Below the pieces are notes generated by a model. It was not told the origin of the DNA. It made no database searches and was given only the letters and a program-made list of their open reading frames with translations. Of a stretch of 64,000 bases of DNA, positions 1 through 9,945 are shown piece by piece. Origin of the DNA: an uncultured archaeon (GTDB lineage Archaea > Asgardarchaeota > Thorarchaeia > Thorarchaeales > Thorarchaeaceae); NCBI GenBank assembly GCA_964458565.1, contig CAYWJO010000011.1, forward strand, positions 1 to 64,000, in the 5' to 3' direction. The translations under genes were made by a program, and so were the position numbers. How positions within the stretch are numbered: position 1 is the stretch's first letter; each line of letters starts with the position of its first letter.

Positions 1-138
1 TACCTACTGAGCCACGATGGCATGTTCTCGCACTCACGCTCCAGATTACAATATTAACATTGCTGTTTAGCTGCATTGTGGATACAACGAGATGAACAAA
101 TCCATCAGGACTTTTTTGAATGCGGTGATAAACTCAAA

Positions 139-1005
139 TTACTCCTGTTTATTAATATCGTAATGGATTTTGGTCATTCCAAGAATAAGCATTGGTATGA
201 AGATCAGAAGATCGATACCTGCTCCCAGAAGTGCCACGCCTCCAACTACAAGAGATATCGGGTCAGTAAATGAAATGACGCCTCCAAAAACGTACGAATA
301 GATTGCGTATGGAATAAACCAAATCAGTAACAAAAAGACATAGACCGTCCATAGTCCAAAGACTCTGTTCATGTTCTTTCTTACGGCTCTAAACGAAAGT
401 TTCATTCCTTCAATGATTGGTGAGGAATCGATAACTGCATGGATGTGTAATTGAAGGAATCCCAGCACAATGAAAAACCATACAAATCCCGCGACACCAA
501 GAACGATGTCAACTGGAAATGGAAAAGTACCGAAACCATAGAGTGATGATACCCCTATCCACAAACCCACTGCCGGTACAATCGCCACCGTGGCATTCAC
601 AAGACAGGTTAAGGTCAGAGGTATGAATTTTTGTCTTAACCAGAGAATAGCACCCAATGCCGTACTAAAATGTCCTGATACTATATCCCCACTCAAAATA
701 TACACTGCGCTAAAGAGACACGCGAACAATGCTACACCCGCAATAATAACTCCAACGAATGGTCCACTTACTATCCACAGAAGACCTGAGACGATATACT
801 GAATCATCGAGTCTATCAGATTAAACCAAACAAGAACAAAGTCTAAGCTTTGGTTTACAATCATCAGAATAACCGCATACCCAATGCTGGCAATCAAAAT
901 CGGAATACCTACAAGACCGATGGATCCCATCATCGCAATCAGGATCTTAAGGAAATTGGACCTGAGGTATCTCCAGCTTGTCTTCATATCGTCCACTATT
1001 GACAT
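139..1005 (-). CDS. Multi-pass membrane protein, hypothetical
   Basis: 288-aa ORF with ~6 hydrophobic segments; no diagnostic motif. Confidence 0.75.
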   Translation of the reverse strand: MSIVDDMKTSWRYLRSNFLKILIAMMGSIGLVGIPILIASIGYAVILMIVNQSLDFVLVWFNLIDSMIQYIVSGLLWIVSGPFVGVIIAGVALFACLFSAVYILSGDIVSGHFSTALGAILWLRQKFIPLTLTCLVNATVAIVPAVGLWIGVSSLYGFGTFPFPVDIVLGVAGFVWFFIVLGFLQLHIHAVIDSSPIIEGMKLSFRAVRKNMNRVFGLWTVYVFLLLIWFIPYAIYSYVFGGVISFTDPISLVVGGVALLGAGIDLLIFIPMLILGMTKIHYDINKQE

Positions 1006-1112
1006 CCTGAACTCTCCGAACTGACGTTATACACAAACTATCCGAATAATCTTCTGGAAAGCTAGATTCTGATATAAGTGATTACTCAGCATCTGATTGT
1101 GAATACCTGTCA

Positions 1113-1913
1113 TCATGCCGCAAAGAGTAGCGTGAAGATGTTATCTAGAATCATCATTATGAAGAATCCAATCATGATGCCCCAAGTTGCCAGACGTGCG
1201 TTTCCTTCCGAATGACTTTCAGGCACCATCTCATCTCCAATTACAAAGATCATGGCTCCTGCAGCAAATGCCAATCCATAGGGAAGTAGCGAAGATGCGA
1301 AGGTCACAACAGAAACACCAAGGATGCCTCCAATAGGCTCTACAAGGCCTGTGAGTAATGCAAGCCCGCCCGCATATTTTCTTGAATAACCCTCTCGAAC
1401 CAAGGGTGCTGCTACTGCAAGACCCTCTGGTATATTCTGAAGTCCAATCGCTACAGCAACTGATATTCCCGTAAGCGGATTCTCTGTTCCAAAAGACACT
1501 CCTACTGCAAGACCCTCTGGGAAATTATGAATGGTGATGGCCAGAACAAGCAACCATACTCTAGCCATGCTTGATGATGGACCTTCTTGCCCTTTCTTGA
1601 AGTGCTCATGAGGAATATATCGATCAGAAACATGGACGAATAAGCCCCCCAATAGAAAACCAAACCCGACTACAGTGAATATTTGTATCACATCATTTGA
1701 TAGGAGTACAATGTCTAATGCTGGTACAAGAAGACTGAATGCGGATGCTGCTAACATAACTCCTGCTGCAAAACCTAGCATGAGATCAAGGGTTCTTCTA
1801 GTAAAATCCTTCTTCACAAAGATTGGGAGTGCACCAAGTCCTGTCGCACCGCCAGCAAGTAGACTAGCAAGAAGTCCTAAAATAATTGGGTCATCAGGAA
1901 GTACAAGCTGCAT
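1113..1913 (-). CDS. zupT: ZIP family (GufA/ZupT) divalent metal transporter
   Basis: Motifs LGFAAGVML, HNFPEGLAVG, QNIPEG, EMVPESH; probable start is ATG at 1913 (ORF track extends to 2000). Confidence 0.92.
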   Translation of the reverse strand: MQLVLPDDPIILGLLASLLAGGATGLGALPIFVKKDFTRRTLDLMLGFAAGVMLAASAFSLLVPALDIVLLSNDVIQIFTVVGFGFLLGGLFVHVSDRYIPHEHFKKGQEGPSSSMARVWLLVLAITIHNFPEGLAVGVSFGTENPLTGISVAVAIGLQNIPEGLAVAAPLVREGYSRKYAGGLALLTGLVEPIGGILGVSVVTFASSLLPYGLAFAAGAMIFVIGDEMVPESHSEGNARLATWGIMIGFFIMMILDNIFTLLFAA

Positions 1914-2094
1914 TACTATGCCTCGGATTACAAGCCTTTTTGCAATCCTGTATAAGATACTTTTCAAAAGACTGTATTCCGAATTAAAATATTGGAACAC
2001 GTGTTCTATAATAAGTGGGATGAAATTGTCAGAGAGATTGAGGGAATACTCGAAGGGGCATCAAATAAGCTTGCAGAATGAAATATGATTGATG

Positions 2095-2201
2095 TGGTGG
2101 GCCCGGCGAGATTTGAACTCACGACCGTTCCCCTGTATGGAGGAAATCTCCAAACATACAGGTTATGAGCCTGCTGCTCTACCAAGCTGAGCTACGGGCC
2201 C
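2095..2201 (-). tRNA. tRNA with CAU anticodon, most likely tRNA-Ile2, carrying a 30-nt insertion (2128-2157)
   Basis: Acceptor stem GGGCCCG/CGGGCCC-A-CCA, D arm GCTC/GAGC, anticodon arm GCAGG-CTCATAA-CCTGT, T arm GTGAG-TTCAAAT-CTCGC; the GGGCCC acceptor is typical of archaeal Ile tRNAs. Confidence 0.85.
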
Positions 2202-2337
2202 TTGATATCACACAGGTTGCATGTGCTATCCCTATTTGATATTAACGTTGTGTTAAATTGTATTGACCAATGATATTTTTCTCCGACTTTAAATGATGCA
2301 ATCGAAACAACGAATAAACAGGAACGGGACCGAGATC

Positions 2338-2682
2338 ATGATATTGCTATTCACCTCTGAAACATGCGCATGGTGCGATATTTTGAAGACCATGATTAGA
2401 ACAGAGGGGCAAAACATAATGTGCAGTAATATACTCTATGAGGTAAACATCGATCGACACAGGTATATTGCTGAGGCATATGGAATACATGCTGTGCCAA
2501 CACTCATTTCTGGAACTAATATAATATCTGGACTTCCTTCTGCTGAGGAGTTACACTCTTTCCTCTTACAATCAGTATCTAATAGTCCTTCAGAAGACCG
2601 GGAAAATAGACCACGAAGTGTTATTCGCACAGTGAGTGATATATCAGGTCATACTACATCTATCGAGAGAATCGTTCAGTGA
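2338..2682 (+). CDS. Thioredoxin-family protein
   Basis: FTSETCAWC (CxxC) and YGIHAVPTL cis-Pro motif; probable start 2338. Confidence 0.8.
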   Translation: MILLFTSETCAWCDILKTMIRTEGQNIMCSNILYEVNIDRHRYIAEAYGIHAVPTLISGTNIISGLPSAEELHSFLLQSVSNSPSEDRENRPRSVIRTVSDISGHTTSIERIVQ

Positions 2683-2733
2683 TATGTCCTCTGCATAATG
2701 TTAATAACATAATACTTCTTCCGCTGCGAAATG

Positions 2734-2811
2734 GCCCCGATAGTGTAGTCCGGCCCAGCATCTGGGGTTTTCGACCCCAAGACCCGGGTTCGAATCCCGG
2801 TCGGGGCACCA
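2734..2811 (+). tRNA. tRNA-Glu(TTC)
   Basis: GCCCCGA/TCGGGGC-A-CCA acceptor, anticodon arm TGGGG-TTTTCGA-CCCCA, T arm CCGGG-TTCGAAT-CCCGG. Confidence 0.95.
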
Positions 2812-2814
2812 TAC

Positions 2815-3678
2815 TCATTTCTCAGTAAGTTCCAGAAGCATATTGAAGTCTGAGGCTATATAGGAGTGCGTTAGTGCACCTGATGAGAGAACATCTGCTC
2901 CATTCTTTGCATAGTCCTCTACACTACTCTCATCAATACCGCCCGAGGCTTCAAGGATTATCCTGTCACGCAATCCCATTTCATTCAGTTTCTTATGCGC
3001 CTTAGCAACCTCATCCGGCGAAAAATTATCAAGGAGGATGATATCAGCTCCTGCTTCTACAGCAGCAATACACTCATCGATATCTCTCACTTCACATGAT
3101 ACCTTCTTGGTGAATGACACTCTCTCACGAGCTGCCTTGACAGCTTCTTCCGCTGAACCTATCACCGAGATGTGGTTATTTTTGATCAGAATCATATCGT
3201 CAAGAGCATAACGATGAGGGTCTCCACCTCCAACTTGAACAGCTCGTTTCTCAAAGAATCTAAAACCGGGAGTTGTTTTTCTCGTAGCCGCAACTCTTAC
3301 TTTGGGATTTCCTTTTCTAGCTAATTTCAACATATTATGCGTTTTTGTGGCAGCACCACTCATTCGCATAATGATATTCAGACACACTCTCTCAATCTGA
3401 AGTATGATACTGGCCTTTCCCATTACTCGTAATACGGGTTGTTTCTTATCTACCCAACTACCTTCAGACACTAGAACTTCAGATTCTAATCCCATTATCT
3501 CTGCTATAGCTGCAGCCTCTTTGATACCAGCTAAAACGCTCTTACTCTTCGCATAGAACGTCCCAACTCCTTTTCCATCATGAGTGCCCAAAATAGATGT
3601 TGTCAAGTCACCGGTCCTAATATCTTCGTCTAAGAAATCCTTGAGTCTTTCGATGATTTCTGGTGGCAAATCAGTCAT
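2815..3678 (-). CDS. nadC: Nicotinate-nucleotide pyrophosphorylase (quinolinate phosphoribosyltransferase)
   Basis: ATRKTTPG, HRYALDD-IKNNH, ILLDN, EASGGI motifs. Confidence 0.96.
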   Translation of the reverse strand: MTDLPPEIIERLKDFLDEDIRTGDLTTSILGTHDGKGVGTFYAKSKSVLAGIKEAAAIAEIMGLESEVLVSEGSWVDKKQPVLRVMGKASIILQIERVCLNIIMRMSGAATKTHNMLKLARKGNPKVRVAATRKTTPGFRFFEKRAVQVGGGDPHRYALDDMILIKNNHISVIGSAEEAVKAARERVSFTKKVSCEVRDIDECIAAVEAGADIILLDNFSPDEVAKAHKKLNEMGLRDRIILEASGGIDESSVEDYAKNGADVLSSGALTHSYIASDFNMLLELTEK

Positions 3679-3695
3679 TACATGTTTCCTCCTTA

Positions 3696-4340
3696 CTAAC
3701 CTCTGGGATGTTTTGGATCTCTCACTATGTTTCCCCTCGGTGATTCTTCACCAAATATCTCTGCTTGAAATGCCATGAACTCAGTCTTTGAGTCTTTCCA
3801 TGCATCTTCCGGTAACCATGCCTTGTTACAGGTGTGTTCTAAAAATTGCTGTACATTCCAACCCCAATCTACGGGGACCTGTGGTAATAATAATCCACGA
3901 TTTGCACCTCTAGTAGCTATTAATCCATCCCGTCCCACTTCTACAAGTGTAAGGAGTTGTACGGGGTCATCATATTCTATTTTCTTCGGAGGGGTCAATA
4001 CGCTCAGTTCCACGATTATTGAATCTAATTCCTTTACCGATATCGGAGCAAATCTTGGATCGTTTACTGCTGCATCAATTGCTGAGTCTATTGTGGCATC
4101 GATCAGTGATTGTGTAGGATAGGGTCTCCCAATACATCCACGTAGTGATACTTCCCTCGTTTTCAAAGAATTCAATGTCACGAATACACCTGAATTCTTT
4201 TTTAGATGGTCGGGAATGTTCTTGGGGGTTTCAATTCGTTTTTTCGTAGTGACATATTCATCTACAGTCTTTCTAGCGAGGCGAACTAGAAGATCTCCGT
4301 CCGATTTGGAATAAGTTTGAGGCAATTCTAAACAACTCAT
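3696..4340 (-). CDS. AMMECR1-domain protein
   Basis: GVFVTL, LRGCIG, DPRF, GLLLPQV motifs. Confidence 0.93.
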   Translation of the reverse strand: MSCLELPQTYSKSDGDLLVRLARKTVDEYVTTKKRIETPKNIPDHLKKNSGVFVTLNSLKTREVSLRGCIGRPYPTQSLIDATIDSAIDAAVNDPRFAPISVKELDSIIVELSVLTPPKKIEYDDPVQLLTLVEVGRDGLIATRGANRGLLLPQVPVDWGWNVQQFLEHTCNKAWLPEDAWKDSKTEFMAFQAEIFGEESPRGNIVRDPKHPRG

Positions 4341-4380
4341 TTCTCTTGTAACAATATCCTGTTATTTGTTTTGCAGTACA

Positions 4381-5688
4381 CTATTTCATCAATGGGACTC
4401 GCCCAGCAATTCCTGGTTCAATTAGGAACTCGTCATCAGAGAAGATTATTTGGCCTCCTACAATTGTAGTCGCAGGTTTCGCAAGAGCAATACGACCTTC
4501 AAAGGGTGTAATTTTGGCCTTTGAATAGAATCGCTCTCCAGTTATTGGATATCTTCCTTGTCTTACTATTATAATATCTGCATCATACCCTTCTGCAAGT
4601 ACACCTTTGTTGTATAGCCCCATAATCAGCGCAGGTCCTGACGAACAGCTTCGTAGATATTCCGCCCATGTGAGTCTGCCCTCAAAGACTTCTGTCAAAA
4701 GTAATGGAACTGTGGTCTCCAATCCTGGAATTCCTGACTGCGCTTTCAAAAACGGTTTCTTCTTTTCCTCTTCAAGGTGTGGTGCATGATCAGATGCAAC
4801 GCAATCAATTGTACATGTTCGAAGCCCGTTTAGTAAAGTGTCTGAATCATATGGTGATCTGAGTGGAGGGAGCATCTTTGCAGTCCCATCCTCATGGAAC
4901 GAATCGATACTATTCAAGAATAGATGATGTGGTGTGACTTCAGCTGTAAGATTAGATTCGGATCTGTTCTCAGAGATTAATTTCATCGTTGTTGCACAGC
5001 TTACATGGCATACATGCAACCGATTCCCAATTTCAGATCGTGTTTCAATGAATCTCTGGAGTGAGTCCATTTCACTGGAACAACTATGAATCCTGAAAAA
5101 TTCGTCTTTATCCTTTGGTTTCTTTGTAGGATCTGCAGAGTCTGGATGAATGAGCAATGGAACGCCAAGTTCCAAGGCGAGACTGGAACAGGCAGTAACT
5201 CTCGCTTTGGTATATTCTACTCTTTTGTCCAGAGGACTATATGGATATACTTTGACGCCCAATATGCTTGACTTTACTGATCTGTCAAAATCCCCCACTT
5301 TGTTTGGAATCCCCGCATAAAATCCTACATTCACAAACCGCTTAGACGATGCGATTTCAATCTTTTTCTCAAGTACTTTCTTAGTTAATACAGGGGGATT
5401 TGAATTAGGCATATCAATAACAGTTGTTACCCCTCCTGCAGCAGCAGCTTGGGTTCCTGTAAAGTAATCCTCCTTTTCAGATTCGTTAAGATCTCTAAGA
5501 TGAACATGAATATCTATAGCTCCGGGAAGGACATACATACTCTCACAATCTAAAATTTCTCTTGCTTTCGGTGATTCTGTTTCTCTGTAGATTCCATCAA
5601 TGCGGCCTCCTGTAATTGCAACTGTTTGGGCAACTTCTCGACCGTCTACAATCACAATCCCGTTTTTTAGAAGCAAATCTACAGTCAT
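4381..5688 (-). CDS. pyrC: Dihydroorotase (amidohydrolase family)
   Basis: DIHVHLRD, GGVTTVIDMPN, EVTPHHL, PPLR, SDHAPH motifs. Confidence 0.88.
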   Translation of the reverse strand: MTVDLLLKNGIVIVDGREVAQTVAITGGRIDGIYRETESPKAREILDCESMYVLPGAIDIHVHLRDLNESEKEDYFTGTQAAAAGGVTTVIDMPNSNPPVLTKKVLEKKIEIASSKRFVNVGFYAGIPNKVGDFDRSVKSSILGVKVYPYSPLDKRVEYTKARVTACSSLALELGVPLLIHPDSADPTKKPKDKDEFFRIHSCSSEMDSLQRFIETRSEIGNRLHVCHVSCATTMKLISENRSESNLTAEVTPHHLFLNSIDSFHEDGTAKMLPPLRSPYDSDTLLNGLRTCTIDCVASDHAPHLEEEKKKPFLKAQSGIPGLETTVPLLLTEVFEGRLTWAEYLRSCSSGPALIMGLYNKGVLAEGYDADIIIVRQGRYPITGERFYSKAKITPFEGRIALAKPATTIVGGQIIFSDDEFLIEPGIAGRVPLMK

Positions 5689-5727
5689 CTTATTTCGTCA
5701 TTCTATTGAATGAACTGGCTCTTAGAT

Positions 5728-6543
5728 TTAGCTGTCCGTTTCTGGAACCTTGAATTTATTCGCTACAAAACGTGTGAAGTCTGTAGAACTTATGATGCCC
5801 ATGAGTCTGTTACCTTCTCCAACAACAGGTAACGTGTTTAGATTTGCATCGAGCATCATCGTTGCTGCTTCAGCTATGGAGATATCTGGTGAAGTTAGGG
5901 GTGGTTGTTTTATCATAGCATCTACAACCCTTATCTGTCTCACCTGATTTGCTCGGTACTTATCAGGAACCTCCACACTAAATCGTGCCATTGCTTCAGC
6001 TACTGATCGCTCTGTAAGAAGCCCCAATACCCGACCTCCATCTGTGACAGGAAGTCCAGAGTAACCAGCTGTGAGCATTTCTAGTCTAGCTTTAACAAGC
6101 CTTTCTACTGGATTGACTACTAGGAGTTGTTCTGTCGTCATAAGATCTTTGACATACACCTCTTCAAACTTTTTCACCAATTCAGTAATTTCCTTCTTAC
6201 TAATCACACCAACGAGTTTATCATCATCCATGACTGGGCAACCACTCATTCCTCTGTCAAGCATCATTTTGGCTACTTCTGTCACATCATCACTTGGAGT
6301 GGTTGTGATGACAGTATCAGTCATTGCACTTGAAACATGCAATCTACCAATTGAAACAGCAACAACCTTGCTTACACCTAATCTATCTGCAATATCCGCA
6401 TAGGTTAGGATTCCCTTTAATGATCCATCTTCCATCACTATTAGTCTATCGACACCCTTCTTATCTAACAAATCGAGTGCGTATGATAATCGTTGATCTT
6501 TGTCAATCGTAATTGGTTCTGTCATTATTTGGCTGACTTCCAA
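5728..6543 (-). CDS. Four-CBS-domain protein
   Basis: Four CBS repeats (V-x-x-I/L-M-T ... PV ... GI/VI). Confidence 0.92.
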   Translation of the reverse strand: MEVSQIMTEPITIDKDQRLSYALDLLDKKGVDRLIVMEDGSLKGILTYADIADRLGVSKVVAVSIGRLHVSSAMTDTVITTTPSDDVTEVAKMMLDRGMSGCPVMDDDKLVGVISKKEITELVKKFEEVYVKDLMTTEQLLVVNPVERLVKARLEMLTAGYSGLPVTDGGRVLGLLTERSVAEAMARFSVEVPDKYRANQVRQIRVVDAMIKQPPLTSPDISIAEAATMMLDANLNTLPVVGEGNRLMGIISSTDFTRFVANKFKVPETDS

Positions 6544-6634
6544 TATTTAAGCCTCCATAGATTATTCCATTTATTCATCCAATAGCTACTTACAACATAT
6601 TACGAATTTGAGTGTTGGGGAACTACACAAATTT

Positions 6635-7201
6635 CTAGGTTGGAGTTTTACAGTTCTCGCAGAGGTATTCTCCATCATCTAGGGTTAAATCAGTGGAGTA
6701 TTCACCGCAGCTGTCACAAATGCCTCCGTATGTTACCAGCTCGTCTTCTTCCTCCTGTTCTTGTCTTGTTTCTTCTTTCATACGAAGCGACTCGACCAAA
6801 ATGTCGATTAGTTCTGGTGACCATCGAAGAAGGTCTCTAGAGGTTATAATTCCTGCAAGAGAGTCTTTCTTCAAGACTGCAACTCTACGGATATTTCCTC
6901 GTGCCATGACACGCATCGCTTCTGTCAACGGAGTTTCTGGAGTCACATGAATTAGAGGTGAAGACATTATCTCTTTGGCTGTGACAGTTTTCGGGTCCTT
7001 ATCCTCAGCAACAACCCTCCTTACAATATCTGATTCTGTCACTACTCCAACTGGACGTTCTCTATCCACAACAATGAGTGCACCTATATCCATATCTCTC
7101 ATAGATGTTGCGAGTTCAGATATCGGTGTATCAGGTGTGATGGTTACAACATTAACCGACATAATCTCTCTAACGGACATTGTGTGGGAGGGATCTGACA
7201 T
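6635..7201 (-). CDS. CBS-pair protein with C-terminal Zn ribbon
   Basis: Two CBS repeats followed by CDSC...CENC. Confidence 0.92.
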   Translation of the reverse strand: MSDPSHTMSVREIMSVNVVTITPDTPISELATSMRDMDIGALIVVDRERPVGVVTESDIVRRVVAEDKDPKTVTAKEIMSSPLIHVTPETPLTEAMRVMARGNIRRVAVLKKDSLAGIITSRDLLRWSPELIDILVESLRMKEETRQEQEEEDELVTYGGICDSCGEYSTDLTLDDGEYLCENCKTPT

Positions 7202-7294
7202 AAAGACTACCTCTTTCTATAATCATGCAGCACAACAATATGCTGCTCGTCTTCGATTTTCCAGATGGATAAAAGTCTACCTCTATCTTATCTT

Positions 7295-9322
7295 TCACTT
7301 GACAATCTCACCCTCTCCGGGTGGAAGGACTCTCATCATGTCTTCTTGCGGAAGTTGTTCGAGTAGAGAAATAGCCTCTTCAGGAACCAACTGCTTAAGA
7401 TTAAACAAGATATCTTTTACAAGTTGACCTTTCTTCTTCTCACCGGGAACTACTCTCACATAGTATTCTGTTTGGCTCTGGACCGCATTTGGTGGTCCTG
7501 ATATTGGAATTACATAATCATCCTCAATAAGTACTCCAACTAGGAGACCAATAGAAACGTTGCGAATATAATTCTTGGTTCCATAAATCATGACAGCACC
7601 TGATGGGAGATATTCACCTGTAGGGGGAGTAAAACTGACTTGTTCGGGAGTGACCCAATATGCATCACCGCTCGATAAACCATCTTGCCAAGCTCTGGAG
7701 AATGTAACCGCAAATTGTGCTGCCTCTTCTAATGTACGATCACCCGGCTGACCTTCTGGCGCTTTTACCAACACATATGGTGCGCCGTGTACAGAGGCGT
7801 GTAGGAATACATCACTAGGTTCCATTTGCCGCTTTGCCAGCCTCTCATTTGTGCGTGTATCTCTTCCTCCTAAAACGAGAAATCCTTCAGATGAAGTAAA
7901 CCATCTAAACTTCTCATACCAGCGTTTCTTTCTGATTTTAATTGCTTTCAGCTCTTTTTCTGGCTCAATCGTCATTTCATCAAGTCTTTGAAGTTTCTCT
8001 CTTGTCTTCTCAATCTGCTTTTCAGCTCCAGCAATTTTTGATTTAGACTTCTTTGCCTCATCATATGCCTGTGAGGCATTATCCTGCGTATTGAATCTAA
8101 TATCCAACTTCACATCAGTATCGTTCACTTCAACAATGATTTGAGCTTGCGATGGTACAATCTTCTTTACCATCAAAGCTGATTCGATTCCCTGCTCTTT
8201 ACCTTCCTCAACCCGCTTTATGATCTCATCCCATGAGAAACCATTAGCTCTAGCTTGTGTGATAGTCTCAAGTACCTCAGTCACTAATTGAAATTGAGAA
8301 TAGATTAATTCCCCCGCCTTTTGTAGTTCCTCTGCCTTCTCCTTCAGTCGTGCAATTCCCTCTTCCTGCCTATCAATTATCGTCTGTAGCCGTTTTTGCT
8401 CTTTGGTCTTTGCATCCATTTGCACCGTGTCTTCAAGCTCATCATCCGATACACCATAGAACTCATCAAGTGCATTGCTGTAGGATTCATAAGACTGGAA
8501 TTGACTCTCATCATAGATTGTGAAAGGGAATGGAATAAATGCCAGAAATTCGTCTTCTTCGTCCTGTTCTTCGTCATATTCATTCAGAATAATTCTTGGT
8601 TCATTCACACCATCTAGTAATTTTCGAGTGAACTTTTCCACTCCTGATTGAAGGTCTTTCATCATTTGTTCGTCTATATCCACAGCATTAGTACCAGGAG
8701 ATATTCCTGAGAGGGCACAAATCTCCTCACAGCTTAATGAGTCCAAATTGAGTCGACTTGTGAGAGTTCTCAATATGTTTGCTTTTGAACTTGATACAAG
8801 ATCATACAATTGTCCGGTCTCGAAAGAGAAAATATCTGTCCCTCTTGGAGGAGGGAAGATATAGGTTGCCTTCGGTATTACATCTCTGTCGCGCATCCGT
8901 CTATATTTCATAGCAACAAAAATCGTATCTTCTGGGTCAAGAAGTAACAGATTTCCTTGTCCAAATAACTCAGCTACAATCTTGTAAGATGATTCTTCAT
9001 CACCCACCTCAATTACAACTATTCGATCAAGGTCATGCTGTTTTATACTGTGAATCCTTCGATCTCTCAGATACTTGCGTAAGACCGTGCAGAACTTTGA
9101 CGGAACTCTTGGAGCGACTCTGCGATATTCGGTCTGATGGATTCTAATTCCTGGTTGAATAAGAAGGTTTGATGTACCTCCCGCTGGTTGATATAGCTTC
9201 AAGACGAATGTATCTCCATACTGATATACATTCTTGATGAACGAGCCCTCTGCTGCATTCTTCAGTTCAGGAAGAATCATCCTGATATCGATGTTACTCA
9301 TAGTTTCCTTCATTTCATTCAC
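7295..9322 (-). CDS. rqcH: Ribosome quality-control factor Rqc2/NEMF (NFACT family)
   Basis: LRKYL...DRIV, ELFGQGNLLL, coiled coil, WYEKFRWF...GGRD...NE, FSRAW. Confidence 0.93.
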   Translation of the reverse strand: MNEMKETMSNIDIRMILPELKNAAEGSFIKNVYQYGDTFVLKLYQPAGGTSNLLIQPGIRIHQTEYRRVAPRVPSKFCTVLRKYLRDRRIHSIKQHDLDRIVVIEVGDEESSYKIVAELFGQGNLLLLDPEDTIFVAMKYRRMRDRDVIPKATYIFPPPRGTDIFSFETGQLYDLVSSSKANILRTLTSRLNLDSLSCEEICALSGISPGTNAVDIDEQMMKDLQSGVEKFTRKLLDGVNEPRIILNEYDEEQDEEDEFLAFIPFPFTIYDESQFQSYESYSNALDEFYGVSDDELEDTVQMDAKTKEQKRLQTIIDRQEEGIARLKEKAEELQKAGELIYSQFQLVTEVLETITQARANGFSWDEIIKRVEEGKEQGIESALMVKKIVPSQAQIIVEVNDTDVKLDIRFNTQDNASQAYDEAKKSKSKIAGAEKQIEKTREKLQRLDEMTIEPEKELKAIKIRKKRWYEKFRWFTSSEGFLVLGGRDTRTNERLAKRQMEPSDVFLHASVHGAPYVLVKAPEGQPGDRTLEEAAQFAVTFSRAWQDGLSSGDAYWVTPEQVSFTPPTGEYLPSGAVMIYGTKNYIRNVSIGLLVGVLIEDDYVIPISGPPNAVQSQTEYYVRVVPGEKKKGQLVKDILFNLKQLVPEEAISLLEQLPQEDMMRVLPPGEGEIVK

Positions 9323-9376
9323 ATCGCAGTCCGATATTGTTATAACATAGTCGATAAACGAACCAACAACAGCTCG

Positions 9377-9775
9377 ATGGTGAATATTATGTCAGCAATC
9401 ATCAATCCGCTTCGAACACTCTTTCAACGTATGTTTAGACGTTGGGCCGATAATCCTCAAGACCAACAATACTACTTGAAGATGTTCTTTGCACTCATAT
9501 CCGCAATCGTCTGTGGTGTTGCAGGGATTGCTTTTGCTGGTATCAGAGGAATAATGTTTGGATTTCTAATGTATGTAGCCTCGCTGTTTGTAATTGTCTA
9601 TCTTCTTGATATTGACCCAGAATCAATAGGTGGCCGCCAGAAACTTGTGACAAACACCCTGCCTTCCTTTCTACTCCTTTGGGTGCTTCTCTGGACACTA
9701 ATCTATACCCTCGCTCTTCCACAATCTATCATTGATTTACTTCCAATAATTGCTAACGTCACTATTTCCGGTTGA
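9377..9775 (+). CDS. EMC6/Rab5-interacting-protein-like three-TM membrane protein
   Basis: Three TM helices, SAIVCGVAG and C-terminal SFLLLWVLLWTLIYTL, resembling the EMC6 FxxxWTxxY signature. Confidence 0.65.
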   Translation: MVNIMSAIINPLRTLFQRMFRRWADNPQDQQYYLKMFFALISAIVCGVAGIAFAGIRGIMFGFLMYVASLFVIVYLLDIDPESIGGRQKLVTNTLPSFLLLWVLLWTLIYTLALPQSIIDLLPIIANVTISG

Positions 9776-9945
9776 TTGCGTCTTTGAGAAAATCACAGCT
9801 GTAAAGCATGTGTGAGTCATAAAAGGTCTGCAACCATCATTTTTTTCACAAAAATGGACCGTCCTGTTGCGAATCCCACAATGCTTAATAATCTGCAGAA
9901 TGAAAAATAGCTGCCAAATCTAGTTCTTGAAGGTGCTATATCGAA

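Noticed and set aside
2095-2811. Integrated element at either tRNA
   Set aside because: No integrase and no duplicated tRNA 3' end seen in the window
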